In this document: piece by piece, positions 27,398-36,571 of the stretch
Numbering within the stretch: the stretch's first letter is position 1
How the letters are laid out: every line of letters begins with the position of its first letter
Assembly: GCA_003560095.1 (NCBI GenBank)
Contig: PWJI01000018.1
Coordinates: 1 to 57,477, forward strand
Direction: 5' to 3'
DNA from: Candidatus Nealsonbacteria bacterium
Lineage (GTDB): Bacteria > Patescibacteriota > Minisyncoccia > Minisyncoccales > PWPS01
DNA length: 57,477 nucleotides
Made by a program: the position numbers and the translations under genes
The notes under the pieces: generated by a model
Told to the model about the DNA's origin: nothing
What the model saw: only the letters and a program-made list of their open reading frames with translations
Databases searched by the model: none

Positions 27398-28315
27398 ATG
27401 TATGATTTAATTATAATAGGAGGGGGGCCAGCCGGTATTACTGCCGGAATTTACGCGCTAAGAAAAAAGCTAAAAACCCTTCTTATATCAAAAGATTTCA
27501 TAGGGCAAGTTGGTTCTTCGGGTAAGATTGAAAACTGGCCCGGAGAAAAAAGTATTTTGGGCCCGGAACTTATCTTAAATTTCAAAGAGCATCTTGATGA
27601 ATATAATCCGGAAATTTTTGAAGGGAAAGTTTCTTTTATAGAAAAAACAGAAAATTTCAAGGTGATTGCGAAAGGCAAGGAATTTTTTTCTTCCTGCATT
27701 ATTCTTGCCACAGGGAGAAAACCAAAAAAATTAAATATTCAAGGAGAAGAAGATTTTATCGGAAAGGGTGTTGTGTATTGCACGACATGTGACGCACCTC
27801 TTTTCCAGGGAAAGCAAGTTTTGATTGTTGGAGGAGGTAATGCAGGAGTAGAGGCTGCTATAGAGCTTACAGATTATACTGATAAAATTTCTCTCTTTGA
27901 GGCTTCTTCCTCTTTTTCTGCTGACGAAACATTAATAGAAAGAGCAAAAGAAAAAAATATAAAATTATTTAAAAACCGAAAAATAAAAAGAATTGAGGGA
28001 GATAGTTTTGTAAGAAAAGTTTATTATGAGGATTTAGGAGAAAAAGAAGAAAAGAGTATTGATGTTGAGGGTGTTTTTGTTCAAATAGGCTCTGTTCCGG
28101 TTAATGATTATTTAAGTAGTGCTTTAATCGATTTTAATGAAAATAAAGAGGTTGTAATAAATCACAAAACCCAAGAAACCAAAACAAAAGGTCTTTTTGC
28201 GGCCGGAGATATCACAAATGTAAAGGATAAGCAAATTATAGTTGCGGCCGGAGAAGGAGCAAAAGCGGCACTTTCTGCCTATGACTACTTGAAAAAAAAC
28301 TATAAAAATGATTAA
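27398..28315 (+). CDS. trxB: Thioredoxin-disulfide reductase
   Basis: GGGPAG, YCTTCDAP, VGGGNAG, FAAGD. Confidence 0.9.
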   Translation: MYDLIIIGGGPAGITAGIYALRKKLKTLLISKDFIGQVGSSGKIENWPGEKSILGPELILNFKEHLDEYNPEIFEGKVSFIEKTENFKVIAKGKEFFSSCIILATGRKPKKLNIQGEEDFIGKGVVYCTTCDAPLFQGKQVLIVGGGNAGVEAAIELTDYTDKISLFEASSSFSADETLIERAKEKNIKLFKNRKIKRIEGDSFVRKVYYEDLGEKEEKSIDVEGVFVQIGSVPVNDYLSSALIDFNENKEVVINHKTQETKTKGLFAAGDITNVKDKQIIVAAGEGAKAALSAYDYLKKNYKND

Positions 28316-28736
28316 AGCGATTATTTTTGATATGGTGGGGGTTCTTGTTTCAACCGAGTCTTTTTTAGGAAAGAATAGTGGTATTTTAAGAGAAGATATT
28401 AATTTAATAAAAGAATTAAAGGAAAACGGTTATAAGCTGGCCATTTTAACAAATTGCAGTAGAGAAAGCATAGAAATAATAGAAAGAGAAAGTGCAAAAA
28501 GTTTTTTTGATGTGATTGTTTTTTCCGGGGAAATTGGTTTTGAAAAACCACAAAAAGAAGCTTACGAGATTACACTTTCAAGGCTTGGCGTTCATCCAAA
28601 AGAAACAATTTTTATAGATGACCTTAAAAGAAATGTTCTTGGAGCAAATGCCGTTGGGATGAGAGGGTTATTGTACAAAAATAATACCGATTTAAGGTCT
28701 TCTCTTTTTGACTTAGGCATAAAAATTAATAAATAG
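28308..28736 (+). CDS. HAD family hydrolase with minimal cap
   Basis: FDMVGVL, LTN, KP, FIDD. Confidence 0.85.
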   Translation: MIKAIIFDMVGVLVSTESFLGKNSGILREDINLIKELKENGYKLAILTNCSRESIEIIERESAKSFFDVIVFSGEIGFEKPQKEAYEITLSRLGVHPKETIFIDDLKRNVLGANAVGMRGLLYKNNTDLRSSLFDLGIKINK

Positions 28737-28864
28737 TAAAAAAATTTCTTTCTTTGTTGTCTTTTTTGTGCTATAAAATTAAGAAAGAATAAAAATAATT
28801 TTACCTGAAATTAGCTGGCTTAAAACTTTAAAAGTAAACTATATAAGGGTAAATAATTTAAAAA

Positions 28865-30136
28865 GTGAAGGCAAAAATGGAAAAAGCTAAAGAATCTTTT
28901 TTACAATTTTATAATACCAAAAGAAAGTTATTTTATATTATCTCCGGAGTTTTTTTATTTTTTATTCTACTAATAATTGTTCTTTTGGTTTTTCTTAGAG
29001 CTCCCAATCCTCCCGAAGATTTAAGGGCTGAGCCAAGATCGCATAATTCTATTAACTTGACCTGGGCTGATCCTTATAATAGTGAAAGATACAATATATA
29101 TCGTTCTAAGGAAATGGAGGAAGACTACGAAAAGGTGGGGAATACATCAACAAGACATTATAGGGATGAAGGATTAACGCCGGAAACCATTTATTACTAT
29201 AGAGTAACAGGATTAAGAGGAGAAAGGGAGAGTGAGTATAGCGAAGATGTTATGGTTGAAACTGATGCTGTAGGTCCTGTTTCCAATTTAAGAGAAGAGG
29301 GAGTTTCCAGCGATTATATAAGAATTGCCTGGGATGGGTACGAGGGGAGTGAAGGGTATATTATCTACCGAACTGACAACCCCGATAGACCTTATCGAAA
29401 GATTGCTGAAACAAATAATCAGCATTATGTTGATTCCGGCTTAACGGAAAATGTAACTTATTACTATCAAGTAACACAACTAATAGGAGGAAGTGAAACT
29501 GATCATGCTGCGAGAAGTTTTACTACAAGAGAATGGCTTTGTGGAGAGGAAATAAATTACGATGGTAAGTTTTACGAAACTGTTAAAATAGGTGATCAAT
29601 GTTGGTTTGCGGAAAATTTAAATTACGAAACTCAAGAAGGAAGTTGGTGTTATAATGATAATCCGGAACACTGCGATCGTTACGGAATACTTTATTCTTT
29701 AGATACGGCACTTTTGGGAAGCGACAAGGAGGGCGCTCAAGGTATTTGTCCGGATAATTGGAGAGTTCCTTCAGATAGAGATTTTATAATGATGGAAAGA
29801 GAGCTTGGCATGGAAAGAATTGATTCTAACAATACGGGATGGAGGGGAGAAAGGTCAAAGGTTGGTGATCGGATAAAAGCAGTTGGAGATTGCACCGAGA
29901 GAGGGGCTGATTTTTGCGGGTTGTCCGGGCTGAATGTTCTTTTGGGAGGAAATAGAGCACCCGCAGGAGCGTTTTTGCGCATGGGAACACATACTTATTT
30001 GTGGACATCAACATATAATGAGGAAGATGATTCCAGTGCTTGGTCTAGACTTTTCTATATTAACAACGATACTGTTTATCGCGAGACGTCTAGTACAAGA
30101 AACGGGTTTTATGTTAGATGCATGAAAGATATTTAG
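28865..30136 (+). CDS. Membrane-anchored 2xFN3 plus Fibrobacter succinogenes major paralogous (FISUMP) domain protein
   Basis: GLTPETIYYYRV and GLTENVTYYYQV; TVKIGDQCWFAENLNY, QGICPDNWRVPSD, GFYVRC. Confidence 0.85.
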   Translation: MKAKMEKAKESFLQFYNTKRKLFYIISGVFLFFILLIIVLLVFLRAPNPPEDLRAEPRSHNSINLTWADPYNSERYNIYRSKEMEEDYEKVGNTSTRHYRDEGLTPETIYYYRVTGLRGERESEYSEDVMVETDAVGPVSNLREEGVSSDYIRIAWDGYEGSEGYIIYRTDNPDRPYRKIAETNNQHYVDSGLTENVTYYYQVTQLIGGSETDHAARSFTTREWLCGEEINYDGKFYETVKIGDQCWFAENLNYETQEGSWCYNDNPEHCDRYGILYSLDTALLGSDKEGAQGICPDNWRVPSDRDFIMMERELGMERIDSNNTGWRGERSKVGDRIKAVGDCTERGADFCGLSGLNVLLGGNRAPAGAFLRMGTHTYLWTSTYNEEDDSSAWSRLFYINNDTVYRETSSTRNGFYVRCMKDI

Positions 30137-30157
30137 ATTTAATTAAAGTTAAAAAAT

Positions 30158-30565
30158 ATGACTAAAATAAAGGAAATTTATAAGTGTAATGTTTGTGGAA
30201 ATATTGTAGAAGTTTTGCATGCCGGGGTGGGGGAGCTTGTTTGTTGTAACGAGTCTATGCAACTTATGTCTGAAAAAAATAGAGACGAGGGAGAGGAAAA
30301 ACATGTTCCCGTGGTAGAGAAGCTTCCGGCAAATGTTTGCCAAGGAAAAGATGGATTTAGAGTAAGAGTCGGAGAAGATAAGCATCCCTCAACTAAAGAT
30401 CATTACATTGAGTGGATTGAAATCAATACTACCGATGGAAAATCAGGAAAGAAGTTTTTAAATCCGGAGGAAGACCCGGAGGTTGATTTTTATACCAGAA
30501 AAGAAGTGAAAAGTATTAGGTCGTATTGCAATATTCACGGTTTATGGAAAAAAGATGTCGTTTAG
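30158..30565 (+). CDS. dfx: Desulfoferrodoxin (2Fe superoxide reductase)
   Basis: YKCNVCGN...LVCC; EKHVP; HP...HYIEWI; YCNIHGLW. Confidence 0.95.
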   Translation: MTKIKEIYKCNVCGNIVEVLHAGVGELVCCNESMQLMSEKNRDEGEEKHVPVVEKLPANVCQGKDGFRVRVGEDKHPSTKDHYIEWIEINTTDGKSGKKFLNPEEDPEVDFYTRKEVKSIRSYCNIHGLWKKDVV

Positions 30566-31604
30566 GGTTGGTATTGTCGGTCTTCCCAATGTCGGAAAGT
30601 CCACTATTTTTAAGGCTATAACTAAAAAGCAAGTGCAGGCGGAAAATTATCCTTTCTGTACAATTGAACCCAACATAGGAACGGTTGCCGTACCTGATAA
30701 AAGAGTTGGAATGCTTGCCGATATATCCAAATCAAAAAAATCTATTTATACAACAATAGAGTTTGTTGATATCGCAGGGCTTGTAAAAGATGCTCATAAA
30801 GGAAAGGGTTTGGGAAATAAATTTTTATCTCACATTAGAGAAGTTGATGCAATAGTTGAAGTTTTAAGAGATTTCAAAGAAAAAGATATTTTTCATACCC
30901 AAGAAACCGTGGATATGGAAAGAGATAGAAGCATTATTGATTTTGAGCTAATGGTAGCCGATATTCAACTTATAGAAAAAGTTTCTTTAAAAGTAGAAAA
31001 AGAAGCAAAAGCGGGAGAAAAAGAGGCTTTGCAAAAATTTGAAGTTCTGCAAAAGATAAAAGATTCTTTGGAAAAAGAAGAAATGATTAAGGACATTAAC
31101 TTAAAGGCAGAGGAGAAGGAATTAATCAAAGAATTTAATTTTTTAACAGATAAGCCAATTATTTATTTGAAAAACATTGGACTTGAAAAAGAATGCAATG
31201 AAGATGTGCTTTCTATAAACGCTAAAATAGAAGAAGAGGTTGCGGAAATGTCACAAAAAGAAGCTACAGAATATCTAAACACCTTCAAAATTAATGAGAG
31301 TGGACTTAACAAGCTAATAAGGGCAAGCTATAGTGCGTTAAATCTTATTTCTTTCTTTACTTCCGGAGAAAAGGAGACAAGGGCTTGGACTCTTGAAAAA
31401 GGTTCTTTTGCCCCAAGTGCTGCAGGGAAAATACATACCGATTTTGAAAAAAATTTTGTGATGGCAGAGGTTATAAATTATAAGGATTTTATTGACTTTA
31501 AAGGGTGGCCCGGAGGAAAAGAAATGGGCAAGGTAAAAGAGAAAGGTAAGGATTATGTAGTTCAAGATGGCGATGTTATTTTCTTTAAAACAGGGAAAAA
31601 ATGA
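30555..31604 (+). CDS. ychF: Redox-regulated ATPase YchF
   Basis: GIVGLPNVGKST, NYPFCTIEPN, AGKIHTDF, YVVQDGD. Confidence 0.96.
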   Translation: MSFRVGIVGLPNVGKSTIFKAITKKQVQAENYPFCTIEPNIGTVAVPDKRVGMLADISKSKKSIYTTIEFVDIAGLVKDAHKGKGLGNKFLSHIREVDAIVEVLRDFKEKDIFHTQETVDMERDRSIIDFELMVADIQLIEKVSLKVEKEAKAGEKEALQKFEVLQKIKDSLEKEEMIKDINLKAEEKELIKEFNFLTDKPIIYLKNIGLEKECNEDVLSINAKIEEEVAEMSQKEATEYLNTFKINESGLNKLIRASYSALNLISFFTSGEKETRAWTLEKGSFAPSAAGKIHTDFEKNFVMAEVINYKDFIDFKGWPGGKEMGKVKEKGKDYVVQDGDVIFFKTGKK

Positions 31605-31846
31605 TTATTGAGGTTGAGGTTAGTTTTTCAAAAAATAAAAATAATTTTTATAGTGATGTAGAGCGTTTAAAAGAGGGTAAGTTTTTGGTTTATGTAAAAT
31701 CACCACCGAAAAACAGAAAAGCGAACAAAGAGTTGATTTATAAAATCGCAAAGTATTTTAAAAAAAAGGAGAGTGATATAAAGATAATCTCCAATACAAG
31801 AGGTCGAAAGAAAAAAATACTAATTAAGGATGAAAATAAAAAATAA
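31601..31846 (+). CDS. DUF167 (YggU-like) protein
   Basis: VYVKSPPKNRKANKELI..IAKYF. Confidence 0.75.
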   Translation: MIIEVEVSFSKNKNNFYSDVERLKEGKFLVYVKSPPKNRKANKELIYKIAKYFKKKESDIKIISNTRGRKKKILIKDENKK

Positions 31847-32304
31847 TGAAGCTTACCCCAAACCGACTAAGGAACATTAATCCGAAATTAGTTTGGAGGT
31901 CGGATAAGGAAATTTTTGATTTTTTGTTTTTCTTGAAGGAAAATGACTTTCACTGGATTGAAACAAGGAAAGTTTTTCAAAAAGATAATTCGGAATTTCT
32001 TTTGTCGGTAAAAGAGATTGAAAAGTATATTGATATTAAAAATAGAGAAAAACTTAAAAAGAAGATTAAAGAAAAAGAAAGCCAAGAAACAAAAGAAAAT
32101 AAAAAAACAGAACTTCAAAAATTTATAGTTGCCGGATATTTAATTAATTTGCTCGTATTTTTTATCATTATGAATCTTTTTTTGGGATGGATGATATTTC
32201 ATTTATTTTTTTGGATATTTTTGGAAATATTTTTAATTTTTTTACTTTTTTCTTTTAGTAAAATAAGGAAAAAAATAAAAGAGAAAATGAAAAATGCTTA
32301 TTGA
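31846..32304 (+). CDS. Hypothetical protein with two C-terminal TM helices
   Basis: Translationally coupled to both neighbours. Confidence 0.65.
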   Translation: MKLTPNRLRNINPKLVWRSDKEIFDFLFFLKENDFHWIETRKVFQKDNSEFLLSVKEIEKYIDIKNREKLKKKIKEKESQETKENKKTELQKFIVAGYLINLLVFFIIMNLFLGWMIFHLFFWIFLEIFLIFLLFSFSKIRKKIKEKMKNAY

Positions 32305-33262
32305 TGAAATAAAAATTTATATATCTTCGGGAAAAGGGGGAGATGGGATGGTTTCTTTTAATAAAAACATGATGGAACTTGGTCCTACCGGTGGCTCGGG
32401 AGGAAAAGGGGGCGATGTTATTGCAGAAGGGGTTTCAGACATAGGTGCTCTTAAAGCTTTTCGTTTTAAAAAAAAGATTTATGCCAAAGATGGGGAAAAT
32501 GGTCTTTCACAGTTTCGTGATGGTAAAGATGGCGAAGATCTTTTTTTAAGAGTTCCTGTGGGAACTGTTATGGAAAATTTAGCAACCGGTGAAGTAAAAG
32601 AGATAAAGAAAATAGGAGAAAGAGTTCTTATTCTTAAGGGAGGAAGAGGAGGAAAGGGAAACTTCCATTTTCGTTCTTCTCGCAATACTTCTCCCAAAAA
32701 GAGCGAAAAGGGAAAAGAGGGTGATTCTGCCGAATTTTATTTTCAACTCAAACTTATTGCCGATGTTGGTTTTATCGGTCTTCCCAATGTTGGAAAATCG
32801 AGTCTTTTAAACGAACTTACTAACTCAAAGAGCAAGGTTGCCAACTATGCCTTTACCACCCTTGAACCAAACTTAGGAGCTTATTATGAATTAATTATTG
32901 CCGATATTCCGGGACTTATTGCTGGAGCGCATAAGGGGAGGGGTTTGGGGGTGAAATTTTTAAAGCACATTGAAAGAACAAAAACTCTTTTTCATTTTAT
33001 TTCCGCTAACACGGAAAATCCCATTGAAGATTATAATACTGTTTACGGGGAACTAAAAAAACACAATAAAAAATTATTGGAAAAAGATGAATATATAATA
33101 ATCAGCAAGAAAGACGATGTCTCAAAGGAGAAATTGAAAAAAATAGAGAAAGAGGTAAAAAAAATAGGAAAAGAATTTTGTACAATATCAATACTGGAAG
33201 AAGAGAGTCTAAAATCAATAAAGAGAATACTTGCCAGCATCTCTAAAGAAAAAAGGAAGTAA
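32294..33262 (+). CDS. obgE: GTPase Obg
   Basis: Gly-rich Obg fold; LKLIADVGFIGLPNVGKS; YAFTTLEPNLG; DIPG. Confidence 0.96.
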   Translation: MLIDEIKIYISSGKGGDGMVSFNKNMMELGPTGGSGGKGGDVIAEGVSDIGALKAFRFKKKIYAKDGENGLSQFRDGKDGEDLFLRVPVGTVMENLATGEVKEIKKIGERVLILKGGRGGKGNFHFRSSRNTSPKKSEKGKEGDSAEFYFQLKLIADVGFIGLPNVGKSSLLNELTNSKSKVANYAFTTLEPNLGAYYELIIADIPGLIAGAHKGRGLGVKFLKHIERTKTLFHFISANTENPIEDYNTVYGELKKHNKKLLEKDEYIIISKKDDVSKEKLKKIEKEVKKIGKEFCTISILEEESLKSIKRILASISKEKRK

Positions 33263-33363
33263 GTATTTTATTTTAAAAGTTATCTTTAAATTCAAGCAAC
33301 TTGAAGTTTGCACTTTTTTTATATACACTAAAAAAATAAATTATTTTAAGAATATAAATAAAA

Positions 33364-34347
33364 ATGGATAATATAATTGAAAAAATCAGAAAAGAAAATC
33401 TTCTCGGGAGAAGTGGTTCAATGTTTCCGGTTTGCTTAAAGTGGGAGAGTGTAAAAAACTCCGATCAAAAAGAACGTTATGTAATTTGCAATGCCTCTGA
33501 AGGAGAGGTGGAGACATTTAAAGATTATTATATTTTAAAAAATCACAAAGAAGATGTTATTGAAGGTATAAACTTGGCAATAAAAGAGATGGAGGCAAAG
33601 AGGGGCTATATTTATTTAAACGCATCTTATTTTGATGAATTTGGAAAAGAGTTGCAGGAGTTTTGTGGAGAAAAAATCAAGGTAATTAAAAAAAGAGGAG
33701 GATATATAGGAGGAGAAGAAACCTCGGTAATTGAAGCCATAGAAGGAAATGTTCCTGAGCCCAGAATAAAACCTCCTTTTCCTTCACAGGTTGGTCTTTG
33801 GGGGCTTCCAACATTGGTAAATAATGTTGAAACTCTTTACTGTGTTGCAAAAATAAATAAAGGTGAGTATGAGGGAGAAAGGTTTTTTTCTATTTTTGGA
33901 GATGCTCCAAATAAAGGAGTTTTTGTATTCCCAAAAGATATTAGTGTAAGAGAATTACTTGAAAAAACAAACAATATACCGTCATTTGATTATTTTGTTC
34001 AAGTTGGCGGTGGAGGAGGAGGGGATATTATGCTACCAAGCGAAATTGATTGCACAATCAACTCTCTTGGGTCGGTTATTATTTATAACAAAGAAATTGA
34101 CAAATATCAGTTAATGAAAAAATGGGCTAATTTTTTTCTTGAGGGAAATTGTGACAAATGTACGCCTTGTCGAGAAGGGCTCTATAGAATAATGGAAATG
34201 ATAGAAGAGGAAGATTTTGATGAAATAGAAAAAATGTTTTTTGTTATGCAAAAAACAAGTCTTTGTCCTCTTGGGGTGGTGGCAGTGAAGCCTTTTAAAA
34301 CTTTATTGGAAAAAATTATTTATAAAGAAAATGAAAATAAAAATTAA
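33364..34347 (+). CDS. Minimal NADH/FMN-binding diaphorase subunit (NuoF/HydB-like)
   Basis: GRSGSMFP..LKW, CNASEGE, YIGGEETS, PRIKPPFP, NNVET, SLBB-like region, CDKCTPCREG...SLCPLG. Confidence 0.9.
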   Translation: MDNIIEKIRKENLLGRSGSMFPVCLKWESVKNSDQKERYVICNASEGEVETFKDYYILKNHKEDVIEGINLAIKEMEAKRGYIYLNASYFDEFGKELQEFCGEKIKVIKKRGGYIGGEETSVIEAIEGNVPEPRIKPPFPSQVGLWGLPTLVNNVETLYCVAKINKGEYEGERFFSIFGDAPNKGVFVFPKDISVRELLEKTNNIPSFDYFVQVGGGGGGDIMLPSEIDCTINSLGSVIIYNKEIDKYQLMKKWANFFLEGNCDKCTPCREGLYRIMEMIEEEDFDEIEKMFFVMQKTSLCPLGVVAVKPFKTLLEKIIYKENENKN

Positions 34348-36031
34348 CGGAAAAGAGGTAAAGGTAAAAGAAGGTGAGACAATTTTAGAAGTTGCTAAGA
34401 GAAACGATTTGCACATACCCACTCTTTGCTTTCATTCTGACGTTAAAATATCTGCAAGTTGCCGTATTTGTATTGTAAGTGCAAACGGTAATCTTGTAAC
34501 AGCTTGCTCTACCAAGGTTTGTGAAGGAATGGAGGTGATTACCAATTCTCTTGAAATAGATAAAGCAAGAAAGACCAACCTGGAACTTCTTTTTTCACAA
34601 CACCAGGAAGAGTGTTACGATTGCATATGGAACTTAAATTGCAAAATGCTTGATTTAGCAAAAGAGTTTGATGCAAGGATAAATATTTTTGAGGACAGGA
34701 AATCTTCTTATCCGATATATCATTTTGGGTCTTCGTTGGAATTTGACTCTTCAAAATGTATTGATTGCAGGAATTGTATTGATATTTGCAAAAAACAAGG
34801 CGTGGAATTTTTGGATCTTCAAGAAAACGGAAACTTAATGGAAACTGTCCCATCGGAAAAAGAAAACAGGGACTGTGTTTATTGTGGACAATGTATTGTT
34901 CATTGTCCTGCCGGATCTTTTGAAGCAGTAGGGGAGTTTGAGAAAACAAAAAAACCCCTTAAAGAGAAAAACAAGACGCTTATTTTTCAAATTGCTCCTG
35001 CTGTTAGAGCTACAATTGGAGAAGAGTTTGGTTTACCTTACGGATTTCCTTCAATGGAAAAGTTGGTCACTTGTCTTAAGGAAATAGGAGGAGATAAGGT
35101 TTTTGATGTTTCAATTGGTGCTGACTTTACTACTGTCGAAGAATCAAAGGAGCTTCTTGAGAGAGTTGAAGAAAATAGGCTTCCCATGCTTACTTCTTGC
35201 TGTCCGGCGTGGGTTAAGTTCATTGAGTTTTATTATCCTGAGTTTATACCAAACCTTACTACAGTTAAATCTCCTCATATTATCTTGGGAGGACTTGTAA
35301 AAAAGCACTTGGCACAAAAAATAGGAGTTCTTGAGAGCGAGGTTACGGTTATTTCAGTAATGCCATGTGTGGCAAAAAAAGAAGAAATTGAAAGAGAACA
35401 AATAAAAATAGGTAACTTAAAACCTGTTGACTATGTAATGACCACAAGAGAGGTTGCCAGATTTTTCAAAAATAAGAAAATTGATTTTAAAAATGCAAAA
35501 AATTCTCCTGCCGACAATCCCTTTGGTGACCCTTCGAGTTCGGGGGTTTCTTACGGAACAAGCGGAGGAGTTATGAGTTCAGCCTTTTTCAATATTAGTG
35601 GAGAAGAGGCTGAATTTAAGGAAGAAAGAAAAGGACTAAAAGTTGCGAAAGTAAATTATAATGGAAACGAGCTAAGGCTAGCCGTTGTGCATGGTTTGGG
35701 AAATGCAAAAAAAGTTTTAGAAGAGCTAAAAGAAGATCCTTTAAAATATCATTATGTTGAGGCAATGGCATGCTATGGAGGTTGTATAGGGGGTGGTGGT
35801 CAATCGGTGCCCATGAATGAAGAAATAAGAAAAAAAAGGAAAGAAGGTCTTTGCTTGTCCGGAGAAGATAAGAAGGTAAAAAAGGCGAAAGACAATCCAA
35901 TAATAAATAGCACTTATGAAGATTTTTTGAAAGATGAAGAGGTGATTAAAGAGATTTGCCATACCTCTTATAAAAAAAAAGAAAAATCATTTATTCGTAA
36001 AACTAATCAAAAAGGAGAAAATGAGAATTAG
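34331..36031 (+). CDS. hydA: [FeFe]-hydrogenase, group A catalytic subunit
   Basis: [2Fe-2S] domain, HQEECYDC..C, 2x[4Fe-4S]; H-cluster motifs TSCCPAW, MPCVAKKEE, EAMACYGGCIGGGGQ. Confidence 0.95.
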   Translation: MKIKINGKEVKVKEGETILEVAKRNDLHIPTLCFHSDVKISASCRICIVSANGNLVTACSTKVCEGMEVITNSLEIDKARKTNLELLFSQHQEECYDCIWNLNCKMLDLAKEFDARINIFEDRKSSYPIYHFGSSLEFDSSKCIDCRNCIDICKKQGVEFLDLQENGNLMETVPSEKENRDCVYCGQCIVHCPAGSFEAVGEFEKTKKPLKEKNKTLIFQIAPAVRATIGEEFGLPYGFPSMEKLVTCLKEIGGDKVFDVSIGADFTTVEESKELLERVEENRLPMLTSCCPAWVKFIEFYYPEFIPNLTTVKSPHIILGGLVKKHLAQKIGVLESEVTVISVMPCVAKKEEIEREQIKIGNLKPVDYVMTTREVARFFKNKKIDFKNAKNSPADNPFGDPSSSGVSYGTSGGVMSSAFFNISGEEAEFKEERKGLKVAKVNYNGNELRLAVVHGLGNAKKVLEELKEDPLKYHYVEAMACYGGCIGGGGQSVPMNEEIRKKRKEGLCLSGEDKKVKKAKDNPIINSTYEDFLKDEEVIKEICHTSYKKKEKSFIRKTNQKGENEN

Positions 36032-36545
36032 AGAATTGGTTTTTAAAAAAGTATTAACAATGAAGATGGCAATTTTTTTGACATTGTTTTTCTTTGCTTT
36101 TTTTCTTCCGGTTTTTGGATCTCAACCCGTTACAGGGCCACTTATAAATGCTGCTTTATTTTTAGCGGTTATTTTTTTGGGAGTTAGAGATGCTGTCTGG
36201 ATTGGTGTTTTTCCAAGCATCATTGCTCTTTTTGTGGGATTTTTGCCAATGATTATGGCACCTTTTATTCCTTTTATTATAACAGGAAATATTGTTCTCG
36301 TTCTTTCCTTTAATTACTTTAATGATAATTTTTGGAAAGGGGTAATAATTTCTTCTTTTTTAAAATTTTTAGTTATTGCGATTTCTTCATTTATTTTTAT
36401 AAATTATGTTGCCGGAGGAGGTGTGCCTTCGCAGGTTGCAGTGATGATGAGTTGGCCTCAATTTTTAACAGCTCTCCTTGGCGGAGGGATAGCCTATTTA
36501 ATACTTATTTTATTAAAAAAAAGTGACGCAAATGCGGGATTTTAA
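36021..36545 (+). CDS. ECF transporter S-component-like membrane protein
   Basis: QPVTGPLINAALF, PFIITGN, MSWPQFLTALLGG; about six TM; overlaps the hydA stop. Confidence 0.7.
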   Translation: MRIRELVFKKVLTMKMAIFLTLFFFAFFLPVFGSQPVTGPLINAALFLAVIFLGVRDAVWIGVFPSIIALFVGFLPMIMAPFIPFIITGNIVLVLSFNYFNDNFWKGVIISSFLKFLVIAISSFIFINYVAGGGVPSQVAVMMSWPQFLTALLGGGIAYLILILLKKSDANAGF

Positions 36546-36571
36546 TTTTTTTTTGATGTGCTATACTCTAA

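Noticed and set aside
33364..36031. Respiratory complex I nuoF/nuoG
   Set aside because: The second gene carries H-cluster motifs rather than a molybdopterin-like NuoG body, and no other nuo genes are present
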